Shown: one piece after another, positions 1-12,466 of the stretch
How positions within the stretch are numbered: position 1 is the stretch's first letter
How the letters are laid out: each line of letters starts with the position of its first letter
Assembly: GCA_963777945.1 (NCBI GenBank)
Contig: CAVZSN010000010.1
Coordinates: 194,815 to 258,814 of the forward strand
Direction: 5' to 3'
Length of the DNA stretch: 64,000 nucleotides
Source of the DNA: an uncultured Actinomycetota bacterium
GTDB lineage: Bacteria > Actinomycetota > Thermoleophilia > RBG-16-64-13
Position numbers and translations under genes: made by a program
Notes under the pieces: model-generated
What the model was told of the DNA's origin: nothing
The model's input: the letters and a program-made list of their open reading frames with translations, nothing else
Database searches by the model: none

Positions 1-1175
1 GTGCAGACCCGCCGCGTTCTCGACGTAGAGGCCCGTCCCGACCCGGCCGAGCAGCTCCTCCAGCGTGCCCGAGCCCGGGTCGACCACCAGGTTGCTCGCG
101 GCCACCCGAGGGACCGCCCGGTACGAGCCCCGCTCCGCGTTGCCGGTGGAAGCGGACGTCTTCTCCTGCTTTGCGGGCCGTATAGCTGCTGTGTAGATAC
201 GCCTGCAGCACGCCGCCTGCAGCAGCAGCGGTGCGTCTGCTGAGGCACGCCTTCACCGTCGAACGGACTGGTGGCCATGCCACCCGGGGCCAGACCGTCG
301 TCCACCAGGGTCAGCGAGCGCGGAGCCCACCGTCTGCGCCCAGCTTGCCGGCGAACACCGAGCGCCCCTTCTGCACCGCGTCGGCGCTCAGCCCCTGAGC
401 CACGTAGGAGAGCAGCGCGGCCGCCACCTCGCGGTCGAGGACCGACGGTGTAGCTCCCGGTCGCTGCAGGGCCGCGCACCCAGAAGGGCCGCGGCCTTCT
501 GCGCCGGCCTCCGCTCCCGCCGCTTCGGCATCCAGTTCTCCGGGGTCCCGGGCGGCGCTGAAGCCCAGACCCGATTGCCGGTCGTCCGTCGCGCCCGGCG
601 TGGGCCTGAGCGTAGACGAAGCAGAACGACTGCTCGGCCTCGGCCTCCACCCCGGTGCTCGAGCAGATGGCGATGCGGCTCTCTTCGTCCGAGTAGACGC
701 TCTCTTCGACCGTCTCGACGTCCGGGACAGGCCAGCGCCGCCGCTTCGACCGCCAGAGCCAGCCCGATCTTGTCCTCCAGACTCATCGTGCGCCACACCC
801 GGCCGCCACAGACCCGGGACCGACGGGTAGGCCGGCCGCGCCGACGCAGGCAGACCCGCGTAGCGGATCGGGGTCGGCGACCTCCACGTTGGCCACCGCC
901 CCGGCCAGGACCGCGTCCACCCCGGCGTCGGAGAGGTCGGCGGTGAACGCGTAGCCCACCTGGCCCTTCGCGGACCGCCCTGACCCCCAGCCCCCGCGGC
1001 TCGGCCACCGTGATCGACTCCACCTCGCCGCCGATAGACCTTGATGCCGACCGTGCGCCCGACCTGGACGTAGACCTCCAGGTCGGCGCCCAGACGGCGT
1101 CCCGCGGTCGAGGGCCCGGCGGGCGATCTCCAGAGGCGATGTGCGGCTCGCTCGTGCCGCGTGCGCGGATCTCAT
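1..1175 (-). pseudogene. pmbA: PmbA/TldE-family protease (N-terminal ~390 codons; C-terminus runs off the left edge); frame broken several times
   Basis: Fragments ADLEVYVQVGRTVGIKVY / VESITVAEPRGLGVRAVR / GQVGYAFTADLSDAGVDAVLAGAVANVEVADPDPL / LLSYVAQGLSADAVQKGRSVFAGKLG lie in different minus frames. ATG at 1175 overlaps the tldD stop (ATGA). Confidence 0.7.
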
Positions 1176-2629
1176 CCCAGGCTCGTCCCCCCGACCGTGA
1201 GTTCCCGGATGCGCACGGTCGGCTGGCCGCTGCCCACGGGCACGTGCTGCCCCTCTTTGCCGCAGGTGCCGGCCTTGACCTCCAGGTCGTCGGCGATGGC
1301 GTCGATGTTCGAGCAGGACCTCCAGCCCGTTGCCGATGAGCGTGGCGCCGCGGACCGGAGTCGCGATCTTGCCGCCCTCGATGAGATAGCCCTCCTCCAC
1401 CCCGAACACGAAGTCACCGGTGGCCGGATTGACCTCGCCGCCGGAGAGCGACTTGGCGTAGAGGCCCTCGGGCGTGTCGGCGATGATCTGCTCCGGCGTG
1501 TACTCTCCCGGGCCGAAGTAGGTGTTGGTCATGCGCGGATAGGGCAGGTGCGGTAGTCCTGCCTCCGGCCGTTGCCGGTCAGCGGCAGCCCGAGGTGCTC
1601 CCCCCGCAGCCGGTCGGTGAGATAGCCGGTGAGCACGCCGGCCTCGATGACGGTGGTGCGCTGACAGGGCGTGCCTTCGTCGTCGCAGCCGCCGCTGCCC
1701 CACATGCCCGCGCTGACCCCGTCGTCGTAGGCGAACACGTGCTCGCCCGCCACCCTCTGCCCCTGCTTGCCCTCCCAGACGCTGCTCTTCTTGAGGATGT
1801 AGTCGGCCTCCAGCCCGTGGCCGCAGGCCTCGTGGAACAGCACGCCGCCGAACCCGTTGGCCAGCACCACCGGCATGCGCCCGGCCGGCGCCGGGATCGA
1901 GTCGAGCAGGACGAGCGCCTTCTGGGCCGCCGTCGACGCCAGCGCGGCGACCGCGCTCCTCGTCGAAGCTCGAAACCCCCGTGGAGCGCAAGCGTCTCGT
2001 GCCCATCTGGATGAGACCGTCCCGCTGGGCCATGACGGTGACGGCGAACATCATCCGGGTCCGCTCGTCGGAGTGCCGCGTCCCGTCCGAGCCGGCGATC
2101 CATACCCGCTGCCTCGTCTCGCCGTAGACGGCGACGACCTGACGGATCTCTCCGGACAGCCCGCGCGCGCGTCTCGTCGGCCAGATGCAGCAGAGCGGCG
2201 TTCTTGGCGACGCGCTCGCGATCGCGGCCGGACGCTCCTGCGTCCGACCCGGTGGCCGGCCGCCGCCGGCCTCAGCCTGAGCCGCACGCCCCTCCGGCAG
2301 CCGAGACGTCGACGCGGCTTCCGAGCGCGGCTGCGTCGGAGCCCGACGAGCGGCAAGTCTCCTGGGCCAGACCCAGGAGAGAGCCTTCGTCCACGGCGTC
2401 CACATACCCGAACACGGTGGACACACCGCGGATGACCCGGACGGAGCCGCCCCGGTCGACACCCGACACCACATTCTCGATCTTGCCGTCCTCCAGACGC
2501 AGGGACAGGGACGCGCGGTCCTCCACGAAGAGGTCGGCCCGTCGTCCGCCGCCCCGCAGCAGCCATGGCGACGACGGCGTCGAGCAGCCCGGCAGTCGGG
2601 CCCGCGTGAAGTCGCCTCCGCTCGGTCAT
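1172..2629 (-). pseudogene. tldD: TldD-family metalloprotease, frameshifted
   Basis: Pieces in 3 minus frames: MEDRASLSLRLEDGKIENVVSGVDRGGSVRVI, GFGGVLFHEACGHGLEADYILKK (HExxxH), YFGPGEYTPEQIIADTPEGLYAKSLSGGEVNPATGDFVFGVEEGYLIEGGKIATPVRGATLIGNG, DDLEVKAGTCGKEGQHVPVGSGQPTVRIRELTVGG. Confidence 0.8.
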
Positions 2630-2643
2630 GTCGGCGCGACGGA

Positions 2644-2862
2644 TCAGTGCGGCGACGCGGGCTCTGCGTCGAGCATCTCGCCGGCCGCGGCCATGAACGG
2701 AGCCGCCTCGTCGGTGTCGCCGGGGAAAGCCAGCATGGACCCGTCGTCGAAGTACAGCTCCACCTGCGGGTTGCGCGAGCGCACGAAGAGGAAGTAGTAG
2801 GCCCCGGCGACGAGCTCCCGACGAGGGCGAAGATCCCGAAGATCTTGAAGAACGCGCTTCAT
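2644..2862 (-). CDS. small hypothetical protein (72 aa as written; the N-terminus may hide a TM helix in another frame)
   Basis: ORF directly after the stop of the upstream gene, with a GGAGAGGAGG Shine-Dalgarno. No family recognised. Confidence 0.4.
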   Translation of the reverse strand: MKRVLQDLRDLRPRRELVAGAYYFLFVRSRNPQVELYFDDGSMLAFPGDTDEAAPFMAAAGEMLDAEPASPH

Positions 2863-3268
2863 CTACGCCTCCTCTCCCTGCGCGATCTCGCCCTGCGACC
2901 CCGGCCGCTTCCCGCGCGTCGCGCAGGCAGGTCTTCAGGTCGTACAGACGCCAGGCCCACCCGGCTGCCCTTCTTGCCGGTGGCCATCGCCGTCATCCCG
3001 TCCGCGGCCAGTCTCGCGCACCAGGAAGACGAGACCCGCCGGACGTCTCGACCACCAGCTGGGTGAACGGCTGCGAGCCCATCTCCGCGCGCTCGCCTGG
3101 CCCAGACTGACCAGACTCTTGCGCCTGCGCCACGGCGACCGCGTGCGCCTGCTCGCTCATGTTCGAGGCCAGGACTCCGTCCGGTCCGAACACGACCGCC
3201 TTGTCGATGTCGGTGGAGATGTCCATCATCTCCTCGAATGCGGCTTCAACCTCTTGCTTCACCAGCAC
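2863..3268 (-). pseudogene. Roadblock/LC7 (MglB-like) domain protein, frameshifted
   Basis: MLVKQEVEAAFEEMMDISTDIDKAVVFGPDGVLASN ... FTQLVVETSGGSVFLVRE ... AMATGKKGSRVGL ... YDLKTCLRDA, reconstructed from 3 frames. Assignment from motif memory. Confidence 0.45.
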
Positions 3269-3343
3269 CTCCTCCCAGAGATCGGCAACTCTCCGCCTGC
3301 TCTCGCCAGTTTACCACCCGGGTCCGGACCGCTCAAACGAGAC

Positions 3344-3395
3344 GGGGCCACCGCGGCCGCCGCGCCTCGAAGGCGCGCTCGGCCGCGGTGGCCCC
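3344..3395 (-). terminator. long GC hairpin after groEL (16-bp outer stem GGGGCCACCGCGGCCG/CGGCCGCGGTGGCCCC plus inner GCGCCT/AGGCGC stem)
   Basis: Perfect inverted repeat 48 nt downstream of the groEL stop. On the minus strand it is followed by GTCTCGTTTG (weak U-tract). Confidence 0.5.
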
Positions 3396-3442
3396 GGACC
3401 GGCTGGACGCCTCGCGGCGCCGGCCGGTCGTTGTCGCTCGTC

Positions 3443-5140
<1,698 letters not shown>

Positions 5141-5438
5141 CTATCCCTTGGGCAGGACGCCGATGATGTCGTGAGGCCCGCAGGACCAGGTACTCTTCGC
5201 CGTCGAGCTTGATCTCGGTGCCGGCGTACTTGGCGAACACCACCATGTCGCCCCTCTTGACCGGCATGGGGATGCAGCTGTCGCCGTTCTCGTCGTACTT
5301 GCCCGGACCGACCGCGACGACGCTCCCCTTCGACGGCTTCTCTTTGGCCGTGTCCGGAAGGACGATACCGCTGCTGGTCTTCTCTTCCTGCTCGATGACC
5401 TTGACAACGACCCTGTCCTCGAGTGGCACTAGTTTCAT
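5141..5438 (-). pseudogene. groES: co-chaperonin GroES with one apparent 1-nt insertion near 5172
   Basis: [52 protein letters not shown] ... EEYLVLRA, then the frame must shift to read DIIGVLPKG-stop. Confidence 0.9.
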
Positions 5439-5519
5439 GCACAACCCTCCTATCTCTCGCTTGTTTCGCCTTTGCTACTCTGCGCCTGCGAACAGGCAGT
5501 TGAAACCTGTCTCGCAGAA

Positions 5520-5546
5520 TTGGCACTCTCGGCCCACGAGTGCCAA
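5520..5546 (-). promoter_or_regulatory. CIRCE (HrcA operator) upstream of groES
   Basis: TTGGCACTC-N9-GAGTGCCAA versus consensus TTAGCACTC-N9-GAGTGCTAA, 82 nt upstream of the groES ATG. Confidence 0.8.
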
Positions 5547-5555
5547 CCGGCGCAT

Positions 5556-5584
5556 ATGTTATGCGCAGACTGAGGATTTGTCAA
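5556..5584 (-). promoter_or_regulatory. sigma-70-type promoter of groESL (TTGACA-17 nt-TAACAT)
   Basis: Minus strand reads TTGACAAATCCTCAGTCTGCGCATAACAT immediately upstream of CIRCE. A 7-3-7 palindrome GCGCATA-N3-TATGCGC (5550-5566) overlaps the -10. Confidence 0.6.
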
Positions 5585-5598
5585 ACGCTGCAACGAGA

Positions 5599-6692
5599 CT
5601 AGCAGTCTGCCGCATCCGGACCCGCTGCGGCTAGAGCTCCCGATGCGGGCATCCACTGCCCCAGCGGCAGCGACGCGGAGGCGTCGACGTCCAGGTAGCC
5701 CGGGATACGCCAGCGGGGCCCGGCCAGCGCGGCCGCCCCGATCATGGCGGCGTTGTCGGTGCAGTAGGCGAACGGCGGGACGACCACGTGCAGCCCGGCG
5801 CTTCTCGCCCTCCTCGCGCAGCCGCCGGCGCAGCAGCGAGTTGGCCGCCACTCCACCGGCCACCGCCAGCGTCTGCGCCCCTTCCGTCTGCGCGGCCCGC
5901 ACCGTCTTGCTCACCAGCGCCTCGACGATCGCCTCCCGGTACGAGGCGGCCACGTCGGCCGCGCGCCCTGCCCGCTCCTCGGCGCGTCATGTCCGCGCAG
6001 CAGGTAGTAGAGCGCCGTCTTGACCCCCGAGAAGGAGAAGTCGGGCCGGGCCGACCGCTTCAGTCCCACCGGGAAGCGAGAACGCCTCGGGTCTCCCCTC
6101 TCGGCCAGCTCGTCGAGCTCCCGTCCCCCCGGATAGCCCAAGCCCGAGCAGCCGCGCGCCCTTGTCGAACGCCTCTCCGGCGGCGTCGTCCAGGGTCTGG
6201 CCCAGCAGCCTGAAGGTCGTCCGGTCGTCGACCGCGACCAGCATGGTGTGCCCGCCGGAGGCCACCAGGGTGACCATGGGAAGAGGCGCCTGCGGATCCG
6301 CCAGCCAGACGGCGGCCAGATGGCCGTGGAGATGGTTGACCGGGAAGAGAGGCAGCCGTCGTGCTCCAGGCGATGGCCTTGGCCGTCTGCACCCCCACCA
6401 GCAGCGCCCCGATGAGTCCCGGGCCCACGGTGACGGCCACCCCGCCCAGATCGTCCACGCCGCACGCCGCGCTTGGTCGAGCGCCTCGCGCACCACGGCG
6501 CTCATCCGCTCCACGTGCGCCCGGCTGGCCACCTCGGGCACCACGCCTCCGTACCGCTCGTGGATGGCGTCCTGGGAGTGGCACGACGGAGGAGAGCACC
6601 TCCCCGGCCGGCGCGACAGCACGGCCGCCGCCGAGTCGTCGCACGACGACTCGATGGCAAGGATGGGGCCCCGGAGAACGTCCGGCCCTCAT
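5599..6692 (-). pseudogene. tsaD: tRNA N6-adenosine threonylcarbamoyltransferase TsaD, frameshifted
   Basis: [84 protein letters not shown], spread over several minus frames. Confidence 0.85.
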
Positions 6693-6699
6693 CCCGGGT

Positions 6700-7200
6700 T
6701 CAAGCCGGGCATCAAGCTCCGCAGCCGGCGCGGCCTTGTCCGCGGACCCGAGGGCTACCGGTCGCATCATCACCAGCGCGTCCTCACCCGTGTCGGAGTA
6801 GTAGTTCTTGCGCGTGCCCACCGGTGGTGAAGCCCCACCCTTCGTAGAGAGCCAGCGCCTCGACGTTCCGGGGCCGCACCTCGAGGAACACGGGAAGTCC
6901 GGCCGCATCGGCAGCCCGGAGGAAGTCGCCCAGCAGTCGGGTGGCTACGCCCCTCCTGCGCCCCCACGACGCGACGGCCAGATCCATGAGATGCCAGGCA
7001 TCGGGATAGATCCGTCCGATCAGAAAGCCGACCACCTCCCGCCGCTCGCTCTCCGCGACCCGGTGCCAGCTCAGGCCCTGGCGGAGCTCTTCCTCGAACA
7101 TCTGCCGGGTCCAGGGCAGGGAGAAGCTCTCTCGCTCTATCGCAAGCACCGCCGGAACATCTTCGGCGCTCATCTTCCTGCTACGAAGGCTTTCCACCAT
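6700..7200 (-). pseudogene. rimI: ribosomal-protein-alanine N-acetyltransferase RimI (3' end and stop unclear, frameshifted)
   Basis: MSAEDVPAVLAIERESFSLPWTRQMFEEEL ... VVGFLIGRIYPDAWHLMDLAVASWGRRRGVATRLL ... FLEVRPRNVEALALYEGWGF, then another frame gives VGTRKNYYSDTGEDALVM. Confidence 0.7.
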
Positions 7201-7217
7201 GAGAGACCCGACTCGCC

Positions 7218-8196
7218 CTAGCCGCCCGTGGGTCCGTCGGCCCACGGGTCTTTCATCTTGGTGATGTGGATGTCGGCGTCGGGTGAGCGCACGTAGATGG
7301 GCTTGACCGCCTCTGGAGTCCCGGGCGCACCGGCTGCAGGATCCCAGCCGACCATCTCACCCCTCGGGGACGGCCCGGCTTCGGGCCGAACGGCCCGCGG
7401 CGGCCAGGGCGACTCAGTCAGCCGGGCCGTGAGCCAGGGGGCCAGCCGCCTGCCCTCTATCCCGCTGCCAGGTTCGTCCAGCAGGTCCTGCCCGACCACC
7501 AGAGCGGCGGCTTGGACCTGCGCAGAGACGGAGGTCGCGTCCGCCGGCTTCCTCGCCACCGAAGGACAGGGTCTCACCCACCACCAAGGCAATCGCATCC
7601 GGAGCCGCCCTGGCCACCCGAGAGGCAAGCTCCCCTCGATCGCAGACCGACAAAGGCTCCGTCCTTGCGAACAGAGGCGTCGCCGCGGCAGCCTGCGTCC
7701 CGGTCTCGCATCGTACTGCCCGATATAGCCCGAAGAACACCTGGCCGCGACGCGCATCGACCACCGGGACGACCAGATCCGGGCGGCCGATCGTTGCGCC
7801 GGCACTTGCTCTCTCCACAAGGTGTTTCACTGCCTCGGCGGCCAGCACACTCAGCGTGCTCACGCCCAAAACCGGGACCTCGAGAGACAGGGCCAGTGCC
7901 CGCGCCGTGGCCACCGCGATCCGTACACCCGTGAACGTCCCCGGCCCCGTCCCCACGACGATCGCGCCGATATCCCCGGGAACAGCACCGATCTCGATCG
8001 AGCATCTCGTCTACCGAACGCAGGAGCACCCGAGCCTGCCCCCGCCCGTCGACTTCAGTCCGCTCGGCGGCGACCCGCCACGATCCCGCCCTCCGGCTCT
8101 CGACCTGCTTCCCAGCCTGACGAGGTCGCCCGTGAGTAGAGCCGTGGTGCAGGCCCGCGTGGACCCGTCCATCGCCAGGACCAGTCGCTCAGTCAT
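7218..8196 (-). pseudogene. tsaB: tRNA threonylcarbamoyladenosine biosynthesis protein TsaB, frameshifted
   Basis: MTERLVLAMDGSTRACTTALL (8196 downwards) and GTGPGTFTGVRIAVATARALALSLEVPVLGVSTL in another frame. Confidence 0.8.
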
Positions 8197-8655
8197 GGTG
8201 GCGGGCCTCCTCCCAGCGCACCCTGGCCTCGTCGGTCATCGCCTCGATCTCGACCGATCGCTTGCGAAGGGACTCGTGAGCGAGACGCACCGTCCACGTC
8301 GGCGGCCCCAGCCGACCCAGGCCGGCCTGCGGCCACTCCACCAGGGTCACGGCGTCGCCTTCGACGTACTCCTCTAGCGCGAGCGCATCGTCATCGTCGA
8401 TCGTCCTCCAGCCGGTACAGATCGAGATGCTGGACGAGCAGTCGTGCCTGAATAGATGTTGGCCAGCGTGAACGAGGGACTGCGCACCGGGTCGGTCACC
8501 TCCAGGGCTTCGGCGATCGCCCGGACGAGAGTGGTCTTGCCGGCACCAAGCGGACCGTAGAGCAGAACGAGATCGCCCCCTCTCAGCGCACCTGCCAGCC
8601 GGCGCCCGATCCTTCTCAGCTCGCCCAGGCCCACACCGCCGCGACTCAACACCAC
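8189..8655 (-). pseudogene. tsaE: tRNA t6A ATPase TsaE, frameshifted
   Basis: [42 protein letters not shown], then LVQHLDLYRLED ... EEYVEGDAVTLVEWP in other frames. The stop overlaps the tsaB start region. Confidence 0.75.
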
Positions 8656-8782
8656 GTGGTCCCGTCTACCACAGAGGCAGTTGCTCCACCCGGCCGGCAG
8701 CCGGCTCCCGGCCACCGCCCCGGGCACTGCTCGACTTCGGCGTATCCGCAGGACCCGAGCGGCTGGGACTCGCATCATCGCC

Positions 8783-9411
8783 TCAGCCGCGTCGGGACTC
8801 CAGCGCTTCCAGGCCATTAGTGAGCAGGTAACGCAGCTTCGCGAAGTCCTGCTGCAAGCACCTGGCGGTTCGCGGGGGTGTACAGCGCGGCCGCGGGATG
8901 GAAGACCGGGAAGACGATGACACTCGACGCCGGCGATCTCCCGCTGCTTGGCCTTGCCGTGGATGGCCGTCATGCTGAGTTCGGTCTCGGCCAGGAGCTT
9001 GGTGGCGAAACGGCCCAGCGTGCAGATGACCCGTGGCCTGATGATGCCTATCTGCTCCATGAGGTGCGGACTGCAGGCCTCGATCTCGTCGGGAGCGGGG
9101 TCACGGTTCTCTGGAGGTCGGCACTTGACCACGTTGGCGATGTAGACGTCGGCGCGACCAAGGCCGATATCTCCCAGCAGCTCGGTGAGCAGCTTGCCCG
9201 CAGCGCCGACGAACGGCTCGCCCTGTTTGTCCTCGTGAAAGCCGGGACCCTCGCCCACGAACATGAGGTCAGCGTCGGGGTCTCCTACCCCGAACACCAC
9301 CTGGGTGCGCCCGCTGCAGAGCCCACAGCCGCGGCAATCGCGCAGTGACTGCTCGAGCGCGCGCAAGGCCTCCGCCCCGCTGTTCACGCCGTCCTTCTCA
9401 CTCTGACCCAT
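8783..9411 (-). pseudogene. udg: family-4 uracil-DNA glycosylase, one frameshift near 8930
   Basis: CRGCGLCSGRTQVVFGVGDPDADLMFVGEGPGFHEDKQGEPFVGAAGKLL ... YIANVVKCRPPENRDP; C-terminus VIVFPVFHPAAALYTPANRQVLQQDFAKL in another frame. Confidence 0.8.
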
Positions 9412-9682
9412 GGTGTCAGAGTAGCAGAAGAGCCGTCCCTTGAGGCACCGGCGGGTGCCGACGCCGGGGCGTTCGTTGTTCCCGTCAAGAGAGCCTGTTA
9501 TCCTACCCGCGCATCGAGCGAGGCGCCGGGCTTCGGCTCATCGTCCGGACCGCCTACCATCGGAGGCGTAGCCAGGACGTACGTTCCCCGCCTCCTCGCC
9601 GTCGAGGGACCAACCGAGCCACGTCTGGTATCTCCGGTAGAACTGGAACAGGCAGGTATCCATCGAAGCCTCAGCGACATCA

Positions 9683-10628
9683 CTACGCTTCGCCGTCATC
9701 GGCGCCGGCCGCCTCGGCGCCAGTCTGGCTCTTGCCCTTCGCACCCGAGGACAGGTCCTTGCGGGGTTCACCGCCGGCTCCCTAGCCGGTCGAGCTCGCG
9801 CCCAAGCCTGGCTCGGGATGCCGGGCAGCACCCGGTCTCGCGGACCTGGTCGCGACGCGCCCCGATCTGTACCTCATCTGCGTGCCCGACGGCGCCGTCG
9901 CCGGCGCAGCCACCGCTCTGGCCGCCGAACTTGCTGCCGGCGACGCGGTCGCTGCCGACACCGTCGTGGCGCACACCAGCGGCGCCACCTCTGTCGCCGC
10001 GCTCCGGGCCTGCGAGGAGGCGGGAACGGCTACCCTCGTGTTCCACCCCCTGCAGACCTTCCCCGAACCGGTCACCGGCTCCGCGCGCTTCGCCGGAGCG
10101 GGGGTCGCGCTCACTCCCGGCCCTCTCCGTCCTGACGCGGCCGGAGACGCCGGGATGCGACTTGCGGAGACCCTCGGCATGCGCCCGTTCTTTCTTGCCG
10201 ACGACAAGCGCGCCCTCTATCACGCGGCGGCGACTGTCGCCTGCAACTACCTCGTGACGCTCGAGCACGCGGCGGACGAGCTGTTCGTGGAAGCAGGAGT
10301 GCCGGAGCGAGTCTCCTTCTCTCTCTTCCTGCCCCTGGTGGTGGCGACCCTCGAAAACCTCGCCGCCCGTGGGCCCTTGGATGCGCTCACGGGGCCGCTC
10401 AGCCGAGGTGACGTCACGACGATCGCCGCCCACCTCCAGGCACTCGCCGCCGAGGCCCCCCGCCTTCTGCCCGTCTATCGCGCCCTGGGCGAAGCCACTT
10501 TGCTGCTAGTGGAAGCCAGAGGCGACGTTGCCCCGCAGACCCTGCGCCGCCTGCGAGAGCTGCTGGCCACCTCCCCGCACGTGCCCTCCGCGGCACAAGG
10601 TCCGAAACTCGCTCCGGCCGACAAGTGA
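9683..10628 (+). pseudogene. Rossmann-fold DUF2520-type protein (start codon not identifiable; frameshift near 9835)
   Basis: LRFAVIGAGRLGASLALAL, then PDLYLICVPDGAVAGAA ... VVAHTSGA ... FHPLQTF ... ALYHAAATVACNYLVTL ... LTGPLSRGD. This family sits near panC in actinobacteria (memory). Confidence 0.65.
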
Positions 10629-10668
10629 GACTATGCTGGACCAAGACCACAACAAAGGAAGGACTCCG

Positions 10669-11124
10669 ATGTCAGCAGAGCCTGAAGTGTCAGGTCCGGT
10701 GACGGTCGTGACCGCCGCCGTCCACTTCGACACAAAGGGAAACGCGGATATGGTCAACCTCACCGAGGACGTCCGCCGTCTCGTCAGCCGAGACCGGCCT
10801 TCGGGCCGGAACGGTGACGATCTTCGTTCCCGGAGCCACCGGAGCGGTCACCACCCTGGAGTTCGAACCGGGCGTGGTGCAGGATTTCCAGGAGCTTTTC
10901 GACCGGATTGCCTCCCCTGGGTGAGCACTACCACCACAACGACACGCACCCTGACGTCAATGGTCACGCTCACGTGCGCGCCGGGCTGCTGGGCCCCTCG
11001 CTGGTAGTGCCCTTCGACGACGGTAAGCCCTGCCTTGGCCGCTGGCAGGAGATCTGCTTCGTGTGCTTCGACAATCGCCCCCGGGAGCGCACCGTGATCG
11101 TGCAGACTCTCGGAGTCCGTCTAG
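10669..11124 (+). pseudogene. yjbQ: YjbQ/UPF0047 family protein (secondary thiamine-phosphate synthase-like), frameshifted
   Basis: VTVVTAAVHFDTKGNADMVNLTEDVRRLV ... GEHYHHNDTHPDVNGHAHVRAGLLGPSLVVPFDDGKPCLGRWQEICFVCFDNRPRERTVIV. Confidence 0.7.
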
Positions 11125-11144
11125 CCCCTCGGGAGGAAGAGATC

Positions 11145-12435
11145 ATGAAACCCGTTCTGCAGGTTGGCCCTGGACTTCGTCGACCTACCTCGCGCGCTTG
11201 CGGTGGCAGAGGAAGCCGTGGCGGGCGGCGTGGACTGGCTGGAGGCCGGGACTCCCCTGATCAAGAGCGAAGGCCTGCAGGCCGTGCGCGAGCTCAAGGC
11301 ACGCTGGCCCGACCCACATCATCGTCGCCGACATGAAGACCATGGACGCCGGCCGGGCGGAGGTGGAATACGCCGCCAAGGCCGGGGCCAAGGTGGTGGG
11401 CGTGCTGGGCGCCGCCTCGGATGCCACCATCAAGGAGTGCATCGAGGCCGCCCGCAACTATGGAGCCGAGATCATCGTGGACATGATCCAGGTCGACGGA
11501 CGTCGTCGCCCGAGCCAAGAGAAGCGGAGGAGATGGGCGCCAGCTACGTGGGCATCCACGTGGCCATCGACGAGCAGATGCAGGGCAAGACCCCCTGGGA
11601 CACGCTGCGCGCGGTAGCACAGGCAGTGTCGATCCCGGTCGCGGTCGCGGGCGGCATCAACTCCGAGACCGCGCCGCTGGCCGTGGAGGCCGGAGCCTCC
11701 ATCGTCGTGGTCGGAGGCGCCATCACGAAGGCAGTGGACGCGACCGCGTCAACCCGAGCCATAAGGACGGCCATCGAGACCATGGCGCCCGCCAAGTCGG
11801 AGTTCTTCGTCCGCGCCACCGGGCCTGACCTCCGCGACACGCTGATGCGGGTGTCGGCGGCCAACGTCTCCGACGCGCTGCACCGTACCGGCGATATCCC
11901 GGGACTACGACCCGTCGCTCCCGGACTCAAAGCGGTGGGTCCGGCACTGACGGTGCGGACCTACGCCGGCGACTGGGCCAAGCCGGTCGAGGCCATCGAC
12001 CACGCGGAGCCCGGCGACGTCATCGTCATCGATGCCGGCGGCATCCCCCCCGCGGTCTGGGGCGAGTTGGCGACGAACTCGGCCATCCAGCGAGGAGTGG
12101 CGGGCGTGGTCATCTTCGGCGGGGCCAGGGACACGGGCGATATCGCGGCCCTGCGGTTTCCTCTCTTCTGCTCCGTCGTCACCCCGACGGCGGGCGAGCC
12201 CAAGGGATTCGGGGAGATAGGCGCGCCCATCCGGATCTCGGGCGTCCGCGTTTCGCCCGGAGACTGGATCATCGCCGATGACGACGGGGTCTGCGTCATC
12301 CCCCGCGACAAGGCTGTGGAGACCGCGAACCGGGCGATGGACGTGCTCGAGCGCGAGAATCGGCTACGTACCGAGATCCAGGCCGGAAGCACCCTCAGCC
12401 AGGTGGGGTATCTCCTGCGCTGGGAGAAACGCTGA
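11145..12435 (+). pseudogene. bifunctional 3-hexulose-6-phosphate synthase (OMPDC-fold) / RraA-like aldolase fusion; N-terminal half frameshifted
   Basis: MKPVLQVALDFVDLPRALAVAEEAVAGGVDWLEAGTPLIKSEGLQAVRELK, VADMKTMDAGRAEVEYAAKAGAKVVGVLGAASDATIKECIEAARNYGAEIIVDMI, GASYVGIHVAIDEQMQG, IPVAVAGGIN. C-terminal half: VSDALHRTGDIPGLRPV ... GDVIVIDAGG ... AVWGELATNSAIQRGVAGVVIFGGARD. Confidence 0.7.
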
Positions 12436-12466
12436 CCGGCCGGAAGCCGGGGAGAGACAAACCGCC

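Noticed and set aside
6692-6800. Apparent read-through of rimI into tsaD (no stop codon in frame).
   Set aside because: This region has several frame breaks within 150 nt. In related gene clusters the two genes are separate with overlapping stop and start, so it is treated as an assembly artefact.
8374-9411. A 345-aa ORF that looks like a uracil-DNA-glycosylase-TsaE fusion protein.
   Set aside because: The true UDG C-terminus (VIVFPVFHPAAALYTPANRQVL ... stop at 8783) is in another frame. The listed ORF joins udg to tsaE only through an out-of-frame linker created by a frameshift near 8930.
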